A DNA stretch of 12,901 bases from assembly GCA_051276005.1 (NCBI GenBank), contig JBNMOZ010000092.1, forward strand, positions 1-12,901. The letters are read 5' to 3'. Made by a program: the position numbers and the translations under genes. Position 1 is the first letter of the stretch; each line of letters starts with the position of its first letter. This document shows positions 1-6,854 of this stretch, one piece after another. Under the pieces are notes generated by a model. That model was not told the DNA's origin, did no database searches, and saw only the letters and a program-made list of their open reading frames with translations. Source of the DNA: Bradymonadia bacterium. GTDB lineage: Bacteria > Myxococcota_A > Bradymonadia > UBA7976 > UBA1532.

Positions 1-3000
1 CAGCACGTCGATGAACCGACTCGGCTCACCCGCCACCCGAGCGTTGGCCCGCTCTTGCTCGCCGATCGCGCGCATCGGCCAGCGCTTCACCCGCCGGTTC
101 CACTGCTGCACGGCCTCACGATCGTCGGGCAGCGCCGCGTCGAACGCGATGAGCAGCCGGGCCACCTCGTATGCGGCATCGTCGCGACCCAAGCGCGTGA
201 GCAAGGCCCGCATCGCGCGCAGGTTGAGAGTGTCGAACGGGCGCTGCAACGCCAGCCAACGACGGCTCGCGAGCGCTGAGCGCTGATGATCAGGGTATCG
301 CTCGGCGAGCGCCGCGTGTGCCGCCCGCAAGTCGGCGTCACCGGCGGCCGCCGCGATGGCCTGCTCGAGCACCGCGACGGCGTCGTCGGGGTTGCCCCCC
401 GCGGGCACGAGGCTCTCGCTCAGAATGCGGCGCAGGCGATTGGCAGCCGGGGCCCGGTTCGCGATGCGCTGAATGGCCCCGCCGAGCACCGTGACCAGCT
501 GGTCGGCCGCGCCTTGCTGCACACAGAGCGTCGCGAAGCGCGTGGCCGCGTCTTCGGCGTCGGGCACCACGTCGATGACTTCGGCGAGCAGCGCGGTGGC
601 GCTCTGAAGTCGGCCGGCGTTGACCTCGATGAGCGCGATCTGCTGCTTGAAGCCAGCGCTCTGCGCCGGCTCGGTCGCGCGCTCGACCGCTTTGAGGTAG
701 ACCCGATGGGCCTGATCCGTCGCGCCCAGCGCCAGGTAAATGCGGGCCAGGCGTGGCAACGCGCTGACCTCGTCGGGGTGCTCATCGAGGATGATCTCAA
801 GGCACTCCCCCGCCCTCTCCAGATCGCCCAGCTTCTCCTCGTAGATCGTCGCGAGGCGGTACACCACCGCGCGCCGCAGGTCGGTGTCTTCGGAGACGCC
901 GCAGAGCGTGGCGTACACGTCAGCCGCGGCGCGCCATGCCCCGGTCTCGACCAGCAAATCGCCGAGGCGCTGCAAGATGAGCGGGGACGGCGAGGCATCC
1001 AGGGCGATGGCCCGCGACAGCAACTCGACCGCGCCTTCAAAGTCGTGTAGTCGCCGGGCGCGCACATCGACCGTCTCGATGATCTGCGCCGCGCGCTCCG
1101 CCTCATCGGTGATGGAGAAGGCGCGCTCCTCAAGGGCGTCAGCGAGGACGTCCCACCGCCCATCCCGCTCGCAGCGTCGCTTGACCGCGCTGAGCGCCGC
1201 CTCGTCATCGGGGTTGCGCGCCAACGCCTCCAGGTACACCGCCAGCGCGCCTTCGGCGTCCTCTTCCTCACGCGTGATGCCGGCGCCGACCAACAGCGTT
1301 GCCGCCGTGCGCGGGTCGAGGCTGCGTCGGCTCTCGTCTTCGGCGAGCCGCAGCACGCGCTTGCGATCGCCCAGCTTCTCATAGATTTCTCGCAGCGCGC
1401 GCATGGCCACGACCGCGTCGGGATCGAGCTGCAGCACCGCTTCGTAGCACCCCGCCGCCTCGGACAGCTGGCCGGCCCGCCGCAAGACCTCGGCCGCGTG
1501 GCTGAGCACGGTCTGGCGCTCGTTGGGCGCCTCACACATATCGAGCCGGCGCTGCAACACCATCGCGAGGCGTTCGACGTCGCCGTGCCGCGCCGCATAT
1601 TGCTCAACCCAGACGACCGCCTCGACCCGGTCGGGCGCGCACGCCAACGCGGCCAGATAGTCGGCCAGCGCAGCGTCGTCAGCGTTGAGGTGGTGCGCGA
1701 AGACGCGGGCGCGCCGGCATAAAATATCGGCGCGCGAGGCCGGCGCCTGCACGACCTTGAGCAGCTGCCCATAGATGTCGGCCAGGTCTTGGCTGCGCGC
1801 TTGCTGCATATACAGGCGCTCGAGGGTCAACAACGCGGTGATGTTCTGCGGATCGAGCCGCAGCACAAGCTCGAGCGCATCGACAGCCGTCACGAACGCG
1901 ACCAGATGCATCTCGCTGATGCGGGCGACCTCGAGCCAATGCTCGACCGCTTCGCTGGGCGTGGTCGCGGCCTCGGCGAGCTGCCGGTGGGTCGTCGCGA
2001 GCGCTTCGTAGTCTTCAGCCTCGGTCTGCGTGTCGATCAGGCCCTGCAACGCGCGGCGAAAGTCGGGCTGCTCGACCAGCGCTCGGCGCCAGGCGTCAGC
2101 GGCGATGTCGGGCCGCGCGAGTCGCTCCGCGTTGAGGCGCCCGAGCCGATCCAGCAGCGTCGCGCGGGCATGCGCGTCGGGCACCTGATCCACCTCGGCT
2201 GAGATCATGCGCGCCTCGCCGCGCGCATCGCCGCATTGCGAATAGAGCCGCTGGAGCGCGCGAATCGATGGCAAATGCGTCGCGTCGGTCTTCAGCGCCG
2301 ATTCATACGCGATGATGGCGCCCGCGACGTCTTCAAGCTGATCGCTGCGCAGCTCACCGAGCTTGGACCAAATCGCGACCTGCTCTCGCGGCGACGTCGT
2401 CAGCGCGACTTCGGCCAAGTACAGATCGGCCAGCTCGCTCCACCGCCGCATGCGCCGCGCGATGCGACCCATCGCCTGCAACGCCGGCAGAAAGTGAGGC
2501 TCCAACGCGATCGCGCGCTCGAGATAACTGCGCGCCCGCTCCAATTGACCCAACGCCCGCTCCGCGATCTCGGCGCTGCGCACGAGCAGGTGCAGGCGAC
2601 CGCGGGTGCCGTCCAGCAGCGCGAGCTCTTGCTCGTTCGCATCGAGCAGTGGCTCCCAAAGCCCCAAGCGCGCGCACAGCCGCGCCATGTTGCGGACGGC
2701 GTCGAGGTTCTTGGGATCGAGGCTGATGACACGCCGCCAGGTCGCCAGCGCCCGCTGGGGATCGTCGAGGTTGAGCGCGGCGACCTCGGCGACCCGCGAC
2801 AGCACATACACCGCGCCCTCGACGTCGTCGGCGCGATCTGCCTCGCCCTCAAGCAGGTCGACGTACCCTTCCCAGTCGCCCAGACGAATCAACATGCGCG
2901 CCAGGGCCTTGCCGGCCTGTTTGAAGTCGGGATCATGATCGACCGCGCAGCGGTAGGCGGCCCCCGCGGCCCCGGGATCGTTGCGCTGCAGCTCGTGGAC

Positions 3001-4302
3001 TTCACCAATCTTGAAGTAGCGCGCCGCCCGGGCTTGCGGGTCGGTCATCGCCATGAGCTCGGCCGTGTGCAGCGCCACGACGCCGCCCCAATCGCCGCGT
3101 TCGTCAAGCAGGCGGCCGAGCATACGCACAGCAGGTGCCCAGGTGGGCGCGTCGGCGAGCAGCGCGCGCAATGCCCGCGTCGCGCCATCCTCGTCGCCCA
3201 TCTTCTCCAGGCGAATTTGCGCGAGGTGCCAAAGCAGGTCGACCCGCACTGCGGCGTCGGTCACGATCGTCGCCAGGCGCGCGAGGCCCTCAGCGGCGGC
3301 GAGCCATTGCCCGTTGCGGGTGCGCAGCTCGACCAGCAGCTCGAGGGCCATCGGCGCGCGGGCGTCTGCGAGGATCGCCTCTTCGAGCAGCGCCAACGCC
3401 CCCACGACGTCGTCGAGTTGGTCGGCGCATGTGCGCGCGAGGTCGGTCAGCAGGTGCGCCTTGGCCGGCGGCGGCAGCGTGGCCGCCAACGCCGCTGACA
3501 CTTCGATGTACTCGGGCCAGGCGCCTCGCGCGCGATGAATCCGGCTGAGCAACGCCAGCGCCTCGGCTTGAGCGGGCCGCTCGGCGACCAGGGCGTCCAA
3601 GACCTGCTGGGCGCCAGACAGGTCGTCGCTGGCCAACAGCGTTTGGGCGGCGGCGAGCGTCAGACCGTCTGCCAGCAGCGGCTCCGGCTCATGACGCGCG
3701 GCCTGGGGGAGCGCAGCGCTGGCCACGTCGGGTGCATCGGCGATCGCCGCGAGCTGCGCGACGCCCCGGGCGATGTCGGGATCATCGGGCCGCAACTCAA
3801 GCGCCCGACGCGCCGCCGCCAACGCCTCGGCCGGTCGCCCGAAACGCACCAGCAGGATGTCGGCCTGATGCACGAGCAGCAGGGCTCGGCGCTCGATCGA
3901 TGGGTGCACGCCCCCTTCGACCTCGGCCAGCCGAATGACCATGCCCCACCGGCCCGCCCGCGCGAAGACGCGCTGCCCGGCCTGCAAGGTTGGCAGGTGC
4001 GTTGGATCAGACAGGTAGGCGCGCTGATAGAAGCGAATCGCGTGGCGATCGTCGCCGAGGACTTGCTCGTGGATGTATCCGATTTCGTAGGCCAGCATCG
4101 CGCGGCGTCGCGGATCAAGGCTCGCCTCGATCTCACGCTCATAGGTCGACAGCGTCTCGGCGACCTGGACGCGGCGCTCTGGCGAGAGCGGCGCTTGCTC
4201 CAGGCTGCGCGGCGCGACCGTCGGCACTTCAGCGCGCGCTCGCGCGCCATCAGGGTCGGTCGCGAACCAGCCGTCTACATCATCGGGGGGGTCGGTCGCC
4301 AT
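1..4302 (-). CDS. Large tetratricopeptide-repeat (TPR) protein, partial (C-terminus beyond left edge), at least 1434 codons in window
   Basis: Manual reverse-strand translation from ATG at 4302..4300 gives MATDPPDDVDGWFATDPDGARARAEVPTVAPRSLEQAPLSPERRVQVAETLSTYEREIEASLDPRRRAMLAYEIGYIHEQVLGDDRHAIRFYQRAYLSDPTHLPTLQAGQRVFARAGRW... . It reads through with TPR-like units, e.g. ...DDPQRALATWRRVISLDPKNLDAVRNMARLCARLG..., and reaches position 1 as ...GEPSRFIDVL. An in-frame stop lies upstream at 4387-4389. The parts I translated have no stop. The 420..1772(-) and 3660..4250(-) ORFs are in a different frame. Confidence 0.9.
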   Translation of the reverse strand, partial: MATDPPDDVDGWFATDPDGARARAEVPTVAPRSLEQAPLSPERRVQVAETLSTYEREIEASLDPRRRAMLAYEIGYIHEQVLGDDRHAIRFYQRAYLSDPTHLPTLQAGQRVFARAGRWGMVIRLAEVEGGVHPSIERRALLLVHQADILLVRFGRPAEALAAARRALELRPDDPDIARGVAQLAAIADAPDVASAALPQAARHEPEPLLADGLTLAAAQTLLASDDLSGAQQVLDALVAERPAQAEALALLSRIHRARGAWPEYIEVSAALAATLPPPAKAHLLTDLARTCADQLDDVVGALALLEEAILADARAPMALELLVELRTRNGQWLAAAEGLARLATIVTDAAVRVDLLWHLAQIRLEKMGDEDGATRALRALLADAPTWAPAVRMLGRLLDERGDWGGVVALHTAELMAMTDPQARAARYFKIGEVHELQRNDPGAAGAAYRCAVDHDPDFKQAGKALARMLIRLGDWEGYVDLLEGEADRADDVEGAVYVLSRVAEVAALNLDDPQRALATWRRVISLDPKNLDAVRNMARLCARLGLWEPLLDANEQELALLDGTRGRLHLLVRSAEIAERALGQLERARSYLERAIALEPHFLPALQAMGRIARRMRRWSELADLYLAEVALTTSPREQVAIWSKLGELRSDQLEDVAGAIIAYESALKTDATHLPSIRALQRLYSQCGDARGEARMISAEVDQVPDAHARATLLDRLGRLNAERLARPDIAADAWRRALVEQPDFRRALQGLIDTQTEAEDYEALATTHRQLAEAATTPSEAVEHWLEVARISEMHLVAFVTAVDALELVLRLDPQNITALLTLERLYMQQARSQDLADIYGQLLKVVQAPASRADILCRRARVFAHHLNADDAALADYLAALACAPDRVEAVVWVEQYAARHGDVERLAMVLQRRLDMCEAPNERQTVLSHAAEVLRRAGQLSEAAGCYEAVLQLDPDAVVAMRALREIYEKLGDRKRVLRLAEDESRRSLDPRTAATLLVGAGITREEEDAEGALAVYLEALARNPDDEAALSAVKRRCERDGRWDVLADALEERAFSITDEAERAAQIIETVDVRARRLHDFEGAVELLSRAIALDASPSPLILQRLGDLLVETGAWRAAADVYATLCGVSEDTDLRRAVVYRLATIYEEKLGDLERAGECLEIILDEHPDEVSALPRLARIYLALGATDQAHRVYLKAVERATEPAQSAGFKQQIALIEVNAGRLQSATALLAEVIDVVPDAEDAATRFATLCVQQGAADQLVTVLGGAIQRIANRAPAANRLRRILSESLVPAGGNPDDAVAVLEQAIAAAAGDADLRAAHAALAERYPDHQRSALASRRWLALQRPFDTLNLRAMRALLTRLGRDDAAYEVARLLIAFDAALPDDREAVQQWNRRVKRWPMRAIGEQERANARVAGEPSRFIDVL

Positions 4303-4460
4303 ATCGTCAGAGCGCGCTTGTTGCGCAGATCCGCACTCCTGCCAGTCATTCGTCGGCGTGCCAATTTTGGCGGCTCGCCAATGACGCTAATCGTTTCAGG
4401 GGATAGCGTACAGGCGACTTCTAAAACAACCTCAACCCGGCCTCGGCGGCCGAGCAGGCG

Positions 4461-5396
4461 TCAGACGCCGGGTGGCGGGCGGACGATGATGTCTTCTTCC
4501 AACGGGATCTCGTCGTCATGGGCCATGCGCGCCATCTTCTGGCGTCTCTCGCGCCGCTTGCGACGCCAGGCGCTCACCAGCAAGAAGCCACCAAAGCCCC
4601 ACAGCGCGGTGGTGCCGAAGAGGATCGGTACCCAGCCCCAGCGCGTCTCCAAGTTGCCCCGCCAGTCGCCCTCGATGCTCGCCAGCGACTTGCCGTACGC
4701 CTGGGTGACTGCCGCGTCGAGGGTCGCGCCTTCGCCCACGGACTTGAGCATCGCGCCGAACGCACGCTCATCGCCCTGGCTCATCAAGTGGCCGACGAAG
4801 TTGACCGACTGCGCGTAGGCGATGCCCACCCGCTCGCCCGCCTTGGGAAACCCCCGGGCCAGATCGTCGAGCGGCAGCAGGTTGCCCAGCGTCGCCGCCT
4901 GGGTCAGCAACCACGCGCGCTCAAGCGAGATGCCTTCGGATTGCCGGATCGCGACCCCCTCGTAGAACCAAAGCGGCAGCCGCCCAGGCGGGGCGATGCG
5001 GCCGACCGCGATATGACTGATCTCATGACGAAACGTCTCGTCGAGCTTGTCGGGCCCGCTGCCGACGTGCAGATAGATCTCGCGCGACTGCGGGTACGCC
5101 AACCCATCAGCCCAGCGCGGCGGCGCGCGACCGTGCCGGGCCTCGGCCAGCTCGAGCATGTCGTCTTCATCGCCAAACAGGCTCACCCGCGTGCGGCGAG
5201 CGTCGGCCGTGACCCCCAGCTCCTCGTAGATTCGGTCGTGGTGGGCCTCAGCCTTCTCCATCAGCGCCCGCGCATAGCCGTCCAGCCCACGCGTCCATTC
5301 GAACGCGTAATGCTCGGTGCGGCCCTCGGTGAAGGTGGGCTTGGCACCCGCCGGCGCAAAGAATACGACGAGGATCAGGAGGATGCGGCGCAGCAA
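4461..5396 (-). CDS. Membrane-anchored zinc metalloprotease, peptidase MA-like (gluzincin) family, with N-terminal signal-like segment and C-terminal TM helix
   Basis: 311 aa. Short hydrophobic N-terminus (MLRRILLILVVFFAPAGA), HExxH motif in TFRHEISHIAVGR (codons at 5013-5027), downstream PLWFYEGVA, C-terminal hydrophobic helix WVPILFGTTALWGFGGFLLVSAW followed by a basic stop-transfer (RRKRRERR). The start codon at 5396 is TTG. Confidence 0.85.
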   Translation of the reverse strand: MLRRILLILVVFFAPAGAKPTFTEGRTEHYAFEWTRGLDGYARALMEKAEAHHDRIYEELGVTADARRTRVSLFGDEDDMLELAEARHGRAPPRWADGLAYPQSREIYLHVGSGPDKLDETFRHEISHIAVGRIAPPGRLPLWFYEGVAIRQSEGISLERAWLLTQAATLGNLLPLDDLARGFPKAGERVGIAYAQSVNFVGHLMSQGDERAFGAMLKSVGEGATLDAAVTQAYGKSLASIEGDWRGNLETRWGWVPILFGTTALWGFGGFLLVSAWRRKRRERRQKMARMAHDDEIPLEEDIIVRPPPGV

Positions 5397-5399
5397 CGG

Positions 5400-6011
5400 C
5401 TACTGCTCCGCCGGCGGGGTGCTGGTGCGCGCGACGCGCTCCTGGCGCCGGCGACCGCTGGTGACAGACACCTCGGCCGCGCGCTCCTGGCGTCGGCGGC
5501 TGCTCGCCTCGGCGGCGCGCTGTGCTTGAACTCGCGCTTCAGACGCGCGCGCCGCCTCACGGTCGAGGTCTTCATGGGTCTCAACCAGCCGCCGATGCGA
5601 CTCCAGGATGCCGCTGAGTTCGCCCAGCAGGCGCGCCTTCTGGCGGCGCAGCACCTGGTACTGCTCGGTCAGCTGCATCACCCGCTCCTGGCTCGAGGCG
5701 ATGATCTTGTCAGCGTGCAGCTCGGCCTCGGCGCGGATCAACTCGGCCTCCTTACGGGCCGACACCTTGATCTCTTCGGTCATGCGACCGGCGGCGACCA
5801 GCGCCTCGCGCAGCTGCGATTCGTTCTGGCGATACTCTTTGAGGCTCTCGTCGCGTCCGCGCAGCTCCTCTTGCAGGTGCGTGTTCTCGCGGATCACATC
5901 CTCGAGCTCGCGCGAGACCTGCCCGAGGAACGTATAGACCTCGTTGGGATCGCACCCGCGCAGCACGAGGCGAAATTGGCGTTGGTCGACATCGAGCGGC
6001 GTGATGCTCAC
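5400..6011 (-). CDS. divIVA: DivIVA-domain protein
   Basis: N-terminus MSITPLDVDQRQFRLVLRGCDPNEVYTFLGQVSRELEDVIREN matches the DivIVA consensus (LTPxDI..xxF...xRGYdxdEVnxFL), followed by a long coiled coil and a basic tail. GTG start at 6011..6009 overlaps the proC stop (GTGA). Confidence 0.88.
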   Translation of the reverse strand: MSITPLDVDQRQFRLVLRGCDPNEVYTFLGQVSRELEDVIRENTHLQEELRGRDESLKEYRQNESQLREALVAAGRMTEEIKVSARKEAELIRAEAELHADKIIASSQERVMQLTEQYQVLRRQKARLLGELSGILESHRRLVETHEDLDREAARASEARVQAQRAAEASSRRRQERAAEVSVTSGRRRQERVARTSTPPAEQ

Positions 6012-6844
6012 GCGTCCTCCAGTGCTTTGGCCGGTTGTTCCGCCAGTGCTTTTGATTGGGCAGTGGCCGCCCAGATCGCTTCGATCAGGGCCGAGCGCAT
6101 GCCCCCGGCTTCCAAGGCGCGCAGCCCTTGGATTGTGGTGCCGCCGGGAGATGCCACAGCGTCCTTCAAGGTCGCTGGATGCGCCCCATCCTGAGCGAGC
6201 GCGGCGGCGCCAGCCATCGTATGTGCGGCCAAAACGAGCGCCTTCGCACGCGGCATTCCGGCCGCGACCGCCCCGTCGGCGAGGGCCTCAAGGGCGACGA
6301 ACAAGAACGCCGGCGCGCTGCCAACCAGGGCGGTCCCCACATGAAAGAGGCGCTCGTCATCGAGCACCTCGGCGTGGCCGAGGGCGTCGAACAGCTTGGC
6401 GATCCGCGCGACGTCGGTCGCCTCGCCCGCACCATGCACCAGGGTCGCGCTGGCCCTGAGCCGCGCCGCGATATTGGGCATGACGCGCACCACCCGCGCC
6501 GGCGCGAGCGCCTCGACGAGCGTCGCCCGCTGCACGCCCGCGCAGACCGAGATGACGATTTGGTCGGGCCGGAAGGCCAGCGTATCGGTCGCCACCCGAA
6601 TCAGATGGGGTTTGACGGCAAGCACGACGATGTCGCAGCCCGCGACGACGGCGTCGGCAGAGGCCGCCGTCACGCCAAAGCGCGCCGCGACCGCGTCGCC
6701 GATCTTGGGATCGGCGATCTGCACCTGGCCCGGCGCGATGGCAGCGGCGTCGAGCCACCCACCCAAGAGCGCCTGGCCCAGCGCACCACAGCCGATGAAG
6801 CCCAGGGTCTGGCCCTTCACGGGGGTCTCGTCGTTCGGGTTCAT
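6008..6844 (-). CDS. proC: Pyrroline-5-carboxylate reductase
   Basis: Rossmann N-terminus LGFIGCGALGQALLGGWL, VVLAVKP, VVRVMPNIAA, VGSAPAFLFVALEALADGAVAAGMPRAKA, and C-terminal SPGGTTIQGLRALEAGGMRSALIEAI. Start chosen at internal ATG 6844 (MNPNDETPVKG) rather than track start 6898, because 6898 would overlap the upstream gene. A GTG at 6853 with upstream GAGGAGG is an alternative. Confidence 0.93.
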   Translation of the reverse strand: MNPNDETPVKGQTLGFIGCGALGQALLGGWLDAAAIAPGQVQIADPKIGDAVAARFGVTAASADAVVAGCDIVVLAVKPHLIRVATDTLAFRPDQIVISVCAGVQRATLVEALAPARVVRVMPNIAARLRASATLVHGAGEATDVARIAKLFDALGHAEVLDDERLFHVGTALVGSAPAFLFVALEALADGAVAAGMPRAKALVLAAHTMAGAAALAQDGAHPATLKDAVASPGGTTIQGLRALEAGGMRSALIEAIWAATAQSKALAEQPAKALEDA

Positions 6845-6854
6845 CTGTGGCACC

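Noticed and set aside
286-1050. 254-aa plus-strand ORF plus smaller plus ORFs such as 1789..2202
   Set aside because: Antisense to the TPR coding frame with no recognisable motif.
420-1772. 450-aa minus-strand ORF (MGSCSRSCRRRP...) and 3660..4250 minus
   Set aside because: Same strand as the TPR gene but an off frame, Ser/Arg/Cys-rich nonsense composition. The true TPR frame reads through both.
4442-4469. Small hairpins CTCGG-cgg-CCGAG (4442-4454) and ggcgt-cag-acgcc (4457-4469) after the peptidase stop
   Set aside because: Stems are only 5 bp and the T-rich stretch on the minus strand is too distant for a convincing intrinsic terminator.
2236-4818. Plus-strand ORFs 2236..3498 (420 aa) and 3535..4818 (427 aa)
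   Set aside because: Antisense to the continuous TPR frame (and the peptidase end). No domain signatures; typical complementary-frame openness in high-GC DNA.
4518-6194. 558-aa plus-strand ORF spanning peptidase, DivIVA and proC
   Set aside because: Antisense to three well-supported genes. Its composition is that of a GC-rich shadow frame and it shows no recognisable family motif.
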